64,000 nt of DNA, from positions 3,970 through 67,969 of the forward strand of contig JBCCWF010000001.1 in the NCBI GenBank assembly GCA_039194035.1, written 5' to 3'. This DNA comes from Cyanobacteria bacterium P01_E01_bin.6 (GTDB lineage Bacteria; Cyanobacteriota; Cyanobacteriia; CAKZMO01). Under the pieces are notes generated by a model. It saw only the letters and a list, made by a program, of their open reading frames with translations, had not been told where the DNA came from and did no database searches. The position numbers and the translations under genes were made by a program. Positions 37,635-47,517 of this stretch are shown here, in pieces (within the stretch, counting starts at the first letter, position 1; every line of letters starts with the position of its first letter).

Positions 37635-38552
37635 TTGACTGTTATGCAACCGATGACTTCGAAAGCACTCATCCGCCTTGTGGGAGTGTTGCTCATGACA
37701 CTCCTCCCGTATGGATGTAGCACTGTTGGCAAAATGGCATCACTTCCAAGCGTGGTTGCTCAACGGTCAGATACCGTTGATGTCAGCGATCGCATTCAAC
37801 CCTTTGCCCAGGTAGATGTGGTGTATCTCGGGGAGACCCATGACAGCACTGCTGATCATGATGCTCAGCTACAGATTGTTCAGGCACTCTACGCCCAAAA
37901 TCCAGAGATGGCGATCGCTCTGGAAATGTTTCAACACCCTTTCCAGGAAAGTCTGGATAACTATATCAGTGGCACTATCGACGAAGAAACGCTTCGCGAA
38001 CAAACTCAATATGACTTGCGATGGGGATTTCCATGGGAATACTACGCTCCGATACTGCGTTTTGCGAGAGAGCATCAAATTCCGTTGCTTGCTCTCAATG
38101 CTCCATCCGAAGTTGTGAGTAAGATTGCCCGCGAAGGACTCGACAGTTTAAGCGAATCAGAGCAACAGGTCATTCCTCCCCGGTCAGAAATCCGAACTGA
38201 CAACGAGGGCTACCGTGAATACGTTGGGGCCGTGTTTGGACATGCGCACCACAGTGGCCATTCTGGCATGAGTTTTGAGAATTTTTTCTCGGCTCAAGTG
38301 GTTTGGGATGAAACGATGGCTGAACAGATTACTGCGTTTCTTACCCGTGAGCCTGGCCATCAAGTGGTGGTGCTGGCGGGTCAAGGCCATGTGATTTACG
38401 GCTATGGCATTCCAGATCGAGTGGCTCGTCGGTTGGGTGACTCCATCGAGCAATATACGATCTTGCTCAATCCCATCGGGGAGTTCCTTGATGAAGGAGA
38501 AGGGGCGATCGCTGATTCCTTTTGGTTCAGTGAAAATGGACAGAAGCCATAA
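37635..38552 (+). CDS. ChaN-family (Tiki/haem-binding uptake, PF04187-like) lipoprotein
   Basis: Lipobox LLPYGCST. Conserved VVYLGETHDSTADHDAQLQIVQAL ... ALEMF and GHAHHSG motifs typical of ChaN/DUF399. Confidence 0.6.
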   Translation: MTVMQPMTSKALIRLVGVLLMTLLPYGCSTVGKMASLPSVVAQRSDTVDVSDRIQPFAQVDVVYLGETHDSTADHDAQLQIVQALYAQNPEMAIALEMFQHPFQESLDNYISGTIDEETLREQTQYDLRWGFPWEYYAPILRFAREHQIPLLALNAPSEVVSKIAREGLDSLSESEQQVIPPRSEIRTDNEGYREYVGAVFGHAHHSGHSGMSFENFFSAQVVWDETMAEQITAFLTREPGHQVVVLAGQGHVIYGYGIPDRVARRLGDSIEQYTILLNPIGEFLDEGEGAIADSFWFSENGQKP

Positions 38553-38560
38553 CCGCTATT

Positions 38561-38611
38561 GTCTGTTGCGACTCTCTGTTGCGACTCTCTGTTGCGAACC
38601 TCTGTTGAGAA
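38561..38611. repeat. 13-bp tandem repeat (TCTGTTGCGACTC) x ~4, directly after the ChaN stop
   Basis: Direct reading. Confidence 0.75.
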
Positions 38612-38735
38612 CTAATGTCCATTTAATGTAAGCCATGTTCTATCGAATTCTCTGATGGAAGCGATAGACCCAATCGTTTGTTGATGATGCACAGAGTCTT
38701 TTACAGTAAGCCATATTCTTGTTATCGAGGGTTTT

Positions 38736-39614
38736 ATGGTTGCTGTATCTCTGACCGTTGCTCAAAAGAAAGTTCATCGCAACGGGATACTCCTTTTGCT
38801 GTTGACGACTATCATTTTTGGCACGTCGTTTCCTGTCCTTAAGAACACGATTAGCAGCTTATCTCCCTCTGTATTGATTGCTGTGCGCTACAGCATTGCG
38901 GCGATCGCCCTGCTGCCATGGCTGCGAAATCTGAATCGTCGCCTCCTGCGAGATGGGGCGCTGCTTGGTTTTGTGCTGTTTTTGGAAACAGCCTGCGCGC
39001 TCACAGGACTAGAAACTATTTCTGCCAATCGGTCGGCATTTATCATTGGGTTAAACGTGATTTTGGTGCCCTTGTTAGGGGTACTGCTTGGTCACCACGT
39101 GCCAAAGAAGGTGTTGTTTGCGGCAGGGCTGGCGGTCGTGGGCGTTAGCATCATGTCTGGCGATGGCGGTGGCATTAGTTCCGGAGACGTGCTCTCGCTG
39201 GCATCGGCGCTCGGCATTGCTATCTATATTATGTTGCTAGAAGCGATCGCCCCTCGACATCCATCGCTGCCCCTAGCGTCTGTGCAAATTTGGGTCATGT
39301 TGATGTTGGGTGTCGCGTGGGCTCTTCCAGATTTACTGAGTCAAATGGCGATGATTGGCGATCGCCTTCCTGCTTTGGTGTACTTAGGTATCGTTGTTAC
39401 TATCGGTCCTCTATGGGGGCAGGCCATGGGGCAACGCTCGGTTCCAGCCCATGAAGCCGCATTGGTTTATACCCTGGAACCTGTATTTGCTACGGTCTTC
39501 TCGTTTTGGCTCTTGGGAGAAGGACTAGGAATAAAAGGTGCACTGGGAGCTGTCTGTATTTTGACTGCAACAGTCGTGAGTCAGTATCAACGCCGCTCAA
39601 AGCCAGTGCCGTAG
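38736..39614 (+). CDS. EamA/DMT-superfamily transporter
   Basis: Ten predicted TM helices in two duplicated EamA-like halves. 292 aa. Confidence 0.65.
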   Translation: MVAVSLTVAQKKVHRNGILLLLLTTIIFGTSFPVLKNTISSLSPSVLIAVRYSIAAIALLPWLRNLNRRLLRDGALLGFVLFLETACALTGLETISANRSAFIIGLNVILVPLLGVLLGHHVPKKVLFAAGLAVVGVSIMSGDGGGISSGDVLSLASALGIAIYIMLLEAIAPRHPSLPLASVQIWVMLMLGVAWALPDLLSQMAMIGDRLPALVYLGIVVTIGPLWGQAMGQRSVPAHEAALVYTLEPVFATVFSFWLLGEGLGIKGALGAVCILTATVVSQYQRRSKPVP

Positions 39615-39637
39615 CCAGTGCCGTAACCAGTGCTGTA
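39602..39637. repeat. 12-bp tandem repeat (GCCAGTGCCGTA) x 3 spanning the EamA stop codon
   Basis: Direct reading. Confidence 0.7.
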
Positions 39638-39916
39638 GATTCATGGATCGGTCATGATCCGATGATGAGCAAAAAGGGCGATCGCCCTTTTTGCTCATCA
39701 TCTTAATTTCTTCTTTTACTGTCGTCACTCCCTTCGTCCTCCCCACCCCTTCACTCAGTATCGTGAGAGCGTATTTTGCAATCGTGATAAACAATCTGCA
39801 AAAGGCTCATGTCCTCGGTAGGATAGTAAGCATAGTTACAGAATTTTAGATGTTGTATTGACGCTGCGGGATGATCGTCAGTGAGCTGTCTAAGTTGTCT
39901 GTTTTGAATCGATTGT

Positions 39917-41014
39917 TTGGGAGAGATACGAATGGATCTGGTCACACTTCAAGGTTGGCTTGACAATGCGTCCTTTGCCGTCATGTTCGCAACGATGTTG
40001 ATCTACTGGGTTAGCGCTGCATTTCCTGGTCTGTCTGTGCTGAGCAGCTTGGGAACAACTGGGATGGCGATCGCCAACTTGTTGATAGCAGCCCTCCTCA
40101 CCGCTCGCTGGATAGAAGGCGGATACTTCCCATTGAGCAATTTGTATGAGTCCCTATTTTTTGTGGCCTGGGGCATCACGGCGGTTCATTTGCTGGCAGA
40201 GCGCATGAGCCAGAGCCGTTTGGTTGGGACGGTTACAGCGCCTGTTGTCATGGGAATTACAGCATTTGCAGCGCTCTCGTTGCCCGACACAATGCAGACA
40301 TCAGAGCCACTGGTGCCTGCTCTCAAGTCCAATTGGTTGATGATGCATGTCAGCGTGATGCTCATCAGCTATGCGGCTCTGATGGTTGGGTCTCTGATGG
40401 CGATCGCCTTTTTGGTGATCACACGAGGCCAAGCGGTTGAGCTAAAAGGGAGTTCGGTGGGAACAGGAAGCTTCCGAACTAGACGGGAAAAGTTGAAACC
40501 GATTCAATTACCAGAAGATGGAGAGATGTCGTCATCCATTCCCAGTGAGTCCTTGCTGTCGTCCCCGGCCCAAGCTTTTTCTCCCTCTTCAGGGGCCACA
40601 GCTGTCTTAGCGACATCTCCCGTGGCAACTGCTGCGAGCAAGCAGACCTCCATTCCTTCCCCTATAGCGGCTGCACCCCTATCTCCCCAGCGATTGACCT
40701 TGGCAGATACCTTGGACAACATTAGCTATCGCATCATTGGATTAGGATTTCCACTCCTCACCATCGGCATTATTGCCGGAGCGGTTTGGGCCAATGAAGC
40801 GTGGGGGTCTTACTGGAGCTGGGATCCAAAGGAAACATGGGCGCTCATTACGTGGTTAGTGTTTGCGGCCTATCTCCATGCTCGCATTACCCGAGGATGG
40901 CAGGGACGTCGTCCTGCGATCCTTGCCGCGTCAGGATTTTTTGTGGTGTGGATTTGCTATCTCGGCGTCAATATTCTGGGCAAGGGACTGCACAGCTATG
41001 GCTGGTTTTTCTAG
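39917..41014 (+). CDS. ccsA: CcsA-family cytochrome c biogenesis protein, second paralogue, with Ser/Pro/Ala-rich insertion
   Basis: WWD domain [29 protein letters not shown]. Internal low-complexity insert [36 protein letters not shown]. Confidence 0.7.
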   Translation: MGEIRMDLVTLQGWLDNASFAVMFATMLIYWVSAAFPGLSVLSSLGTTGMAIANLLIAALLTARWIEGGYFPLSNLYESLFFVAWGITAVHLLAERMSQSRLVGTVTAPVVMGITAFAALSLPDTMQTSEPLVPALKSNWLMMHVSVMLISYAALMVGSLMAIAFLVITRGQAVELKGSSVGTGSFRTRREKLKPIQLPEDGEMSSSIPSESLLSSPAQAFSPSSGATAVLATSPVATAASKQTSIPSPIAAAPLSPQRLTLADTLDNISYRIIGLGFPLLTIGIIAGAVWANEAWGSYWSWDPKETWALITWLVFAAYLHARITRGWQGRRPAILAASGFFVVWICYLGVNILGKGLHSYGWFF

Positions 41015-41127
41015 CTGGTAAGTACCTGGACGTCATTAAAACCCAAAATCCAAATCCTGTACCGCCCGCGCAGCGGGCGGTACAGGATTTGGAAGAATAC
41101 GTTTAATTATGGCTATCTACTTATTGT
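41015..41127. repeat. MITE-like repeat family A copy 5 (inverted; hairpin variant CCTGTACCGCC / GGCGGTACAGG)
   Basis: GTAAGTACCTGGACGTCATTAAAACCCAAAATCC...ACGTTTAATTATGGCTATCTACTTA. Confidence 0.7.
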
Positions 41128-41139
41128 TTTACTTTTCGT

Positions 41140-41544
41140 TCAAATCACTGGGAGATGCTTCTGTTCTAGTGCTGCTTTTAATTCTTTTGGATTGAAGAGA
41201 ATTGGCAAAAAATGAATGCTGTTTACTTCTTTGAAATAGAACAGCACGGGGACAGGTTGCGAGAAGATGCGCCAGTTTTGCCATTCTGCATAGGGAAACT
41301 GGCGTATCAGGCTTTCTCCGCGATGGATATCTAGCGCTGTTGAGGTGAACGTTAGACGTAGCGTCACGGCTTGATAGAGCAAAAATAGGCCAAACAATGC
41401 AAGGACTGCACTTGCCCAAACCTGAATGAGCAGAAGCGGCATGGAAAAAAGAACAAGAGCAATTGGGATGCTATAGCTGGGAGCTAAGGTCGTTGATGCC
41501 TCGCCGGAGGGGGCGGATACAGAGACAGATGCAGATTCAGACAC
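41140..41544 (-). CDS. small membrane protein (cyanobacterial DUF-type)
   Basis: Two TM helices. No motif. Confidence 0.35.
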   Translation of the reverse strand: MSESASVSVSAPSGEASTTLAPSYSIPIALVLFSMPLLLIQVWASAVLALFGLFLLYQAVTLRLTFTSTALDIHRGESLIRQFPYAEWQNWRIFSQPVPVLFYFKEVNSIHFLPILFNPKELKAALEQKHLPVI

Positions 41545-41673
41545 GGGTCACATTCTCCTGAGCGAACAGCTAATGGATAAACATGAAATCTTCAGGCTTA
41601 TCTATCTAGCTTTCACCCTAGCGAATTCTCAAGCGAATGGGAAGTTTGGCCTCACGTGTGCCGTCATTGGCGA

Positions 41674-41756
41674 TAAGTAACTAGCCATCATTAAACGTAA
41701 CCTTCCAAATCCTGCCAGGATTTGGATTTTTGGTTTTAATGATGTCCAGGTACTTA
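41674..41756. repeat. MITE-like repeat family A copy 6 (hairpin truncated)
   Basis: GATAAGTAACTAGCCATCATTAAACGTAACCTTCCAAATCCTGCCAGGATTTGGATTTTTGGTTTTAATGATGTCCAGGTACTTA. Confidence 0.65.
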
Positions 41757-41800
41757 TATGATGCCTCTACAGATATGATGCTTTTTTCATCAAGCGCAGC

Positions 41801-42187
41801 ATGACAGATATACGCGACGTTCAAACAGCAAATGAAGCTTTTTACCGTGCCTTCGAGAAAAAGAATATCGACGATATGGAACAGCGGTGGTCAAAAGGGT
41901 CAGGATGTCTCTGTATTCATCCTGGGCGATCGCCCTTGAAAGGTTGGGACGATATTCGTGGTTCGTGGGAGCAGATTTTCAAAAACACGCAGTATCTGGA
42001 AATTGATATTGACGTGATTGCCACAGAGGTCAATGGAATAATTGCTTATGTGGTGCTAACGGAGACAGTTCGTCAGGTGGTTCGTGGACGCCAGCTATCC
42101 GCACAGTCTGTTGCAACCAATATTTTTGAGAAAATGGGCGATCGCTGGTACATGATTCACCATCACGGCAGTCCCATCGCAAACTGA
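41801..42187 (+). CDS. SnoaL-like / NTF2-fold protein (DUF4440-like)
   Basis: ~128 aa with a W-rich NTF2-like pattern. Weak. Confidence 0.4.
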   Translation: MTDIRDVQTANEAFYRAFEKKNIDDMEQRWSKGSGCLCIHPGRSPLKGWDDIRGSWEQIFKNTQYLEIDIDVIATEVNGIIAYVVLTETVRQVVRGRQLSAQSVATNIFEKMGDRWYMIHHHGSPIAN

Positions 42188-42235
42188 CAATTCACCGCCA
42201 GCACTATAGCAGTCCGCACGTCGGTTAGGACATAT

Positions 42236-42276
42236 ATTTTTGTGGAAAGCCGCGCGGAGCGCGGCTTTCCACAAAA
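42236..42276. terminator. perfect ~19-bp-stem hairpin (TTTTTGTGGAAAGCCGCGC-GGA-GCGCGGCTTTCCACAAAAA) flanked by T and A runs; candidate bidirectional terminator
   Basis: Seen in the sequence between convergent genes. Confidence 0.6.
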
Positions 42277-42307
42277 ATATTGGTTCAACTTAAGCGCGGA
42301 GCGCTAT

Positions 42308-42405
42308 AGAGGTACAAGACTTGGCAACGTTTACAGAACAATGAGAGTTTGGGGTGCGCAACGCACACCCCAAACTCTCATTTCTTCATTTCAATTTTGA
42401 GACGT
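42308..42405. repeat. MITE-like repeat family B copy 1 (GACTTGGCAACGTTTACAGA ... TTGAGACGTTTGCCAAGTC)
   Basis: ~19-bp terminal inverted repeats plus an internal GC hairpin. Confidence 0.7.
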
Positions 42406-42503
42406 TTGCCAAGTCGTGCAGAAATGAGACGTCCCCTTGTGGATGAGCTTCCAGTTTCTCGCGATGGGCTGAACGTGAATGGATTAGGGCATGTCAGCCA
42501 TTA

Positions 42504-43133
42504 CTAGGGCACAGAAATCATAACCGTTGAACCAACAATTTCCCCTTGATTGATGAATTCCTCATGGCCATTTGCGTTGAGCGTCACAGTAATGGTATTC
42601 ATCCCCGGCTCTAGGGAGGGCACATGGTGCCAATGACTGTAGATACGCATAATTTTTTCACCATTAATGTAGAGATGCGCGTGACCCTCATTCATTGAGC
42701 TTTGCCCATTCACCTGTTCAGGAGCAAAGGCAAAGTTTTCTGTTACCAGATGAAGATTCCAGCCATTGATGGGGTCGTCATTTGCAATCAGTTGTACAGA
42801 CGGGATGGCTGATGCACTAGAGACATCAATGGAACCATGATGGTGCCCACCACCATGATCAGCCGCATTCCCATGGGAATCTCCGTGAGAATCGCTATGA
42901 GGAACTTCCTGCTCTGCGTGTTGCTCATGGTGATGCCCCTCTCCTTCCGCAATCATCTCTGCTCGATTAGTCTGGACATGAGGCTCGACGTTACTCTCCG
43001 ACGGCAGTGACGAATCTATGGTTGGCTGGATGGCCACAGCGGAGGTCACGGCGCTGATTGAGAGCCCAACAAAAATTTGGATGAACAGCAGAGTCGGCCT
43101 GACGTATTTAGAATTCATGGTATTTCTTTTCAA
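42504..43133 (-). CDS. His-rich secreted or periplasmic metal-binding protein
   Basis: Signal peptide. HGDSHGNAADHGGGHHHGS tract. C-terminal beta-rich domain. Confidence 0.4.
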   Translation of the reverse strand: MKRNTMNSKYVRPTLLFIQIFVGLSISAVTSAVAIQPTIDSSLPSESNVEPHVQTNRAEMIAEGEGHHHEQHAEQEVPHSDSHGDSHGNAADHGGGHHHGSIDVSSASAIPSVQLIANDDPINGWNLHLVTENFAFAPEQVNGQSSMNEGHAHLYINGEKIMRIYSHWHHVPSLEPGMNTITVTLNANGHEEFINQGEIVGSTVMISVP

Positions 43134-43171
43134 ATCTTCCTCAAAAAACTAGCAATCAGATTCAGTAACAC

Positions 43172-43269
43172 GACGTGGCAACGTTTACAAAGAAATAAGG
43201 GATTGGGTCGCGCCACGCGCGACCCAATCCCTTATTTCTTCGTTGCAATTTTGAGACGTTTGCCAAGTC
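43172..43269. repeat. MITE-like repeat family B copy 2
   Basis: GACGTGGCAACGTTTACAAAGAAATAAGGGATTGGGTCGCGCCACGCGCGACCCAATCCCTTATTTCTTCGTTGCAATTTTGAGACGTTTGCCAAGTC. Confidence 0.7.
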
Positions 43270-43424
43270 ATGTCAGTAAGTCTGGTTTCTGTCGATATGC
43301 GACAACGCTAAAACGGGTTCCCATCGTCTTAGGAATAGGCATGCAATAGAACCAAAACGTCGTTTGGTGGTAGCGGCGCAACCATCACCACTAAATTATC
43401 TCGGAGTCTTTTGATGTTTATTCC

Positions 43425-44519
43425 TTAGCCAATCGCAGACAGATGGGTATGCAATTGGCGAATTAGCTTGATTGTGTTGTGCTGAGCGATGGATGCGCCC
43501 TGTTCTTCGAATCGATGAGCCGCCGCTTTCAGATCGGCGATCGCCCTTTCTGACTGGCCGAGCTGACGATAGAGCATGCCTCGATTGAAGTAGGCTTGGG
43601 CAAATCCAGGATCACGTGCTAGGGCAGCAGTGAAATCTTGCCGCGCTTGCCACAAGTGCCCCTCAAGATGATAGGCACAAGCGCGATTATAGTAAATCTG
43701 GGCTGTTTCATCATTAAATCGAAGCGCCATACTTAAATCGGCGATCGCCCCTACTGCATTGCCTTGCTGCAGTCGAGTAATTCCCCTATCGCTATAGATA
43801 TTGGCAAGGGTCAGATCATTCGCATGATTGGCATGACGAAGGGCCTGGTTGAAATCTTCAATGGCTTGGGCATGCTGTCCTTGAATAGCCTCGGCTAGCC
43901 CCCGGTTGTAACGGGCTTGGACATCATACGGACGTTGATTGAGAACCGCCGTAAAATCTCGAACAGCTTTCAATTGGTTGCCCTGACGATAGAGTGCGAG
44001 TCCTCGATTCAGCCGTGCGTTCATATGATCAGGCTGTAGCACAATGGCTTTGTCGCAGTCGGCGATCGCCTCGTGATAATGACTCATCTGAAGAAAGATT
44101 AGGCATCGATTCGCATAGGCATCAGTTAATTTCGCATCGGACTGAATTGCCTTTGAAAAAGCAATCAGAGCCGCAGGATAGTCTCCTTCCTGAGCGAATC
44201 GGATGCCTGTTTGAAACGATGATGGTAAGGCTGGCAACTCATGCTTAATGGGGGCGTTATCGATTGTCGTCACCCTCGCCATTGGCGATGCAACACTTTC
44301 CCCTGAATTTACCCCCACAAGCATCAATATCAGGAGGCTAATGATCACGTTGTATGCCATGGAGCACAGCCGACGTCGCCCAGGATTGTTGGCGAGTCCA
44401 AATTGGGACTCGCCAAACCCAAACACCGAGCTAATACGACTCAGGCACGTCATGCCTTCCGAGGTCAAGAATTTACAGGAGCCAAGCAATTTGTCTGCAA
44501 TCTTATCGTTAACCCTCAT
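43425..44519 (-). CDS. TPR-repeat protein (membrane-anchored or secreted)
   Basis: Repeated 34-aa TPR units (AYANRCLIFLQMSHYHEAIADCDKAIVLQPDH ..., YFNRGMLYRQLGQSERAIADLKAA). An internal Met followed by a hydrophobic segment is the likely start. Confidence 0.6.
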   Translation of the reverse strand: MRVNDKIADKLLGSCKFLTSEGMTCLSRISSVFGFGESQFGLANNPGRRRLCSMAYNVIISLLILMLVGVNSGESVASPMARVTTIDNAPIKHELPALPSSFQTGIRFAQEGDYPAALIAFSKAIQSDAKLTDAYANRCLIFLQMSHYHEAIADCDKAIVLQPDHMNARLNRGLALYRQGNQLKAVRDFTAVLNQRPYDVQARYNRGLAEAIQGQHAQAIEDFNQALRHANHANDLTLANIYSDRGITRLQQGNAVGAIADLSMALRFNDETAQIYYNRACAYHLEGHLWQARQDFTAALARDPGFAQAYFNRGMLYRQLGQSERAIADLKAAAHRFEEQGASIAQHNTIKLIRQLHTHLSAIG

Positions 44520-44596
44520 ACATATCCTAGAGACGTTGACTCAGCAAACCTGAACACCAATTCCGAACACCAGTAGGAATCAAAGCAACGAGTGAG

Positions 44597-44943
44597 TTAC
44601 CAGCCTTTCTCCGCTTGATCGAGAACATAAGCCGCAACATCTTCAATATCTTGATCGGATAGCTTACTGCCAAACGCTGGCATTGCCATTTTTCCGTTGA
44701 TCACCTGAGTTTTGATAGCCTCAAGAGATGCCATCTCGTATTTTTCCAAGTCACCTTTGCTCAACGTCTTAGCTGCATTGACGTAATTATTTCCACCTGC
44801 ATGGCATGCATTACAGTTGGCCGTGAAGACTCTGGCACCATTGGCTAAATCAGCTGCAAACGCAGGTGCCGCGCCAAGACTGCTGACCACCATGACCATG
44901 GCTAATGCAAATCCAATAACAAGACGACCCATAGATTTCATAG
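44597..44943 (-). CDS. petJ: cytochrome c6
   Basis: Signal peptide [29 protein letters not shown], then [23 protein letters not shown] ... [11 protein letters not shown], the canonical cyt c6 sequence with CxxCH and Met ligand. Confidence 0.8.
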
Positions 44944-45030
44944 ATACTCCTTCACAAAAAAATGCTAGACCATCACACGTCCCCTGCATGCCCATACTGA
45001 AGAAGACCACGCGTCTCGTCAAAAGACAGC

Positions 45031-45570
45031 GTGTCAATTATTACGACATATAACGAGGCTTCTGTGGGTAGTGCAGTGAGGTCAAATCTGCACGTTAGAC
45101 TACACTCAACCATTATTGCTTTTACCCATTATTTGCTTTTATTTTGTATGGTTCCTTTGCCAGACCATCGCCCCAACCAACTCTCTTTAGGGCCGCTAGA
45201 ATCAGAAGTTTTAGCCATTATTTGGGAACAGGCACCGATTACTGCGACGTTAATTCACGATCACCTCACGCGTGATCCGAATCGTGAGTTGACCTACCCG
45301 TCGGTGATGACGGTGCTTCGCCGCATTGAGAAGAAAGGCTGGGTCACCTGTGAACGAAAAGACCGATCGCTCTGGTGGAAGGCGCGGATGTCTCGCCACG
45401 AAGCAGACATGGTTTTGGCCCATCAACAGCTCCAGAATTTTCTCTCCGTTGGAAATCCCGATATTGTGGCAGCCTTTGCCGATAGCCTCGATTATGCAAG
45501 CCTGGAACAAATTGAGGCGATCGCCCAACGATTGCGAGACGTTCGCCAAGCTCAGCAGCAGGAGGAGTGA
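45031..45570 (+). CDS. petR: BlaI/MecI/CopY-family transcriptional repressor (PetR-like)
   Basis: [27 protein letters not shown] ... [17 protein letters not shown] is the penicillinase-repressor winged-helix signature. The true start is probably an internal Met. Confidence 0.65.
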   Translation: MSIITTYNEASVGSAVRSNLHVRLHSTIIAFTHYLLLFCMVPLPDHRPNQLSLGPLESEVLAIIWEQAPITATLIHDHLTRDPNRELTYPSVMTVLRRIEKKGWVTCERKDRSLWWKARMSRHEADMVLAHQQLQNFLSVGNPDIVAAFADSLDYASLEQIEAIAQRLRDVRQAQQQEE

Positions 45571-45573
45571 GCC

Positions 45574-46452
45574 ATGCATGTATGGATAATTCTAGTCAGT
45601 CTCATGCTTGCTGTAGGGATACGATGGTTGCTATCGCTGCCCAATGAGGCCCAATCAACGGCCCCCCTGTCACACAACGCCTATGCTCAACAATGGCGTC
45701 GTGTATTAGGTGCTTTTTTGATTCCTCCGGTGCTGCTGCTGCTTACTGCTGTCACCATGCTTCAAATGGGGCCAACGGGAGTCATGCTCGGTGTGCCAGT
45801 CGGACACATCGGTTTCATTGTTGGCCTTGGATTTATCAGCAGTGCAGCAATCATTGCTGCCTATTTGGGAATCCAAGGATGGCGATCGCTCCGCCAGATT
45901 CGCACCCATTCCAATGTTGCGATTTACGGTTACTCAGGTCGAGTCTTGAATACGGAGATGCCTTTTGCCGGACAAGTTGGGTTCTGGAACCCAGAACTGG
46001 TCGTCAGTCAGGGCTTATTAGATGTCCTTACACCGGAACAAATGGCCACCGTCTTGACCCACGAAGACGCTCATCAGCACTATCACGACACCTTTTGGTT
46101 CTTCTGGTTGGGATGGTTGCGAACACTCACCTGCTGGCTTCCCCAGACTCGTGCATTGTGGCAAGAATTGCTATTGCTTCGAGAAATTCGCGCAGATTGG
46201 TGGGCAACTCAGGTTCAGGGTATCGATCCGATTCTGCTGGCGGAATCATTGCTACAGGTTGTTCGACTCTCGGCCCAGTCTCCACTTCCCAACTGCGCTA
46301 CGTTCAATCTCCTCTCATCCACTCATCGCCTAGATGTCCGCATTAATGCTCTTCTCGCATCAGGTGATTGGGCTGAGTCAACACCGACGATTATGTCATG
46401 GCAGTTTGGTATTGCCCTTTTACCCCTAGTGGCGATCGCCCTTCACCACTAA
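45574..46452 (+). CDS. petP: BlaR1-like M56-family membrane metalloprotease (PetP-like)
   Basis: Polytopic N-terminus. HExxH-type motif VLTHEDAHQHYHD. 4-nt gap from the repressor gene. Confidence 0.65.
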   Translation: MHVWIILVSLMLAVGIRWLLSLPNEAQSTAPLSHNAYAQQWRRVLGAFLIPPVLLLLTAVTMLQMGPTGVMLGVPVGHIGFIVGLGFISSAAIIAAYLGIQGWRSLRQIRTHSNVAIYGYSGRVLNTEMPFAGQVGFWNPELVVSQGLLDVLTPEQMATVLTHEDAHQHYHDTFWFFWLGWLRTLTCWLPQTRALWQELLLLREIRADWWATQVQGIDPILLAESLLQVVRLSAQSPLPNCATFNLLSSTHRLDVRINALLASGDWAESTPTIMSWQFGIALLPLVAIALHH

Positions 46453-46492
46453 CTCAAAGGCATCAGATCAAAATTGCAATGAAGAAATGAGA

Positions 46493-46536
46493 ATTTAGGG
46501 TTTTGGTTTTAATGACGCCCAGGTATTGAGTAAGCC
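46493..46536. repeat. MITE family A fragment (3' half only: GGGTTTTGGTTTTAATGACGCCCAGGTATTGAGTAAG)
   Basis: Matches the conserved right arm of family A. Confidence 0.5.
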
Positions 46537-47517
46537 TCTTTAAAACAATAAATGCATTATCTAAACCGTAACTTTATCTATTCAATGCCTTGCCTGGAAA
46601 TGGTTTTGTGGTTGCTCTAGTTTAAGGCAACGTTCTTCCATGAACTTTCCATGAAGTAGGCAACCTATTTGATTCTTCAATGGTCATACTGATAAAGTGA
46701 GGGAGCAAGAACACTCGGGTATTTTTGTTAGGTCGTTACTTTGATTTGACAATTCTTGGGTGATAATTATGTCTCTCATTCATCAGAAGTCGAGAGGATT
46801 TGGTCTACCGAATATAAGGTGTTAACGGTCATTGCGTGGCATCAAATTAGTCAATGGTTAGTTGATTGATTTAACGATTCATTTAGATTCATCAGTTATT
46901 GAGTGTACTGCCATCAACGAATATTTCTATTGATAGTCACTATCCTTGCAAGGGCGATCGCGTTAGTAGAAGAAGATGGCAATACGTTCCGATTCATCAG
47001 TAGCTGAGATAGTTTGTTGATTTAGACGATTCTTTTGGATGGAGAAAAATTTCTTCCATCTAGGGAAACATTCATGAATGATTAGCGACCGTTGACGCGA
47101 CTCATCAACAGAGATTCGCCGCCATCGGTACTCGATTTTGCTGCTTCTTTTGGCAACCAATAGCTATTGAAATGCTGTTGATAGAGTGTTCTAGAAACTC
47201 TTGTGACCTGTCTATCATACTGATTGAATAGATAAGCCAGTCTGCCTTGAGAAACATGGCTTTACCTGTCAATGAATTAACGCCTTAATGTCACGAAGTA
47301 GACGTGTTCTGTTCGGCTTATTACGTTCGTCCAAGAGTATTGTGTTTCCTTTCCCCTTCTAAATGGGAGAGTGTTCTGTATTTATTCATGACCTAAACAA
47401 TGTTATCCACTGCATGACTGAATGCAGTAGGTAAGACTAGTTCACTCACTGTGATTTTCGAGGCTTTTATTGATTAGAAGCCACAGATTCTAGTACAAAG
47501 TATTTTGGAGAAATATC

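Noticed and set aside
45693-46346. 217-aa + strand ORF overlapping the BlaR1-like gene
   Set aside because: Alternative frame inside a gene with HExxH motif and TM topology. Cys/Arg-rich composition typical of an off-frame ORF.
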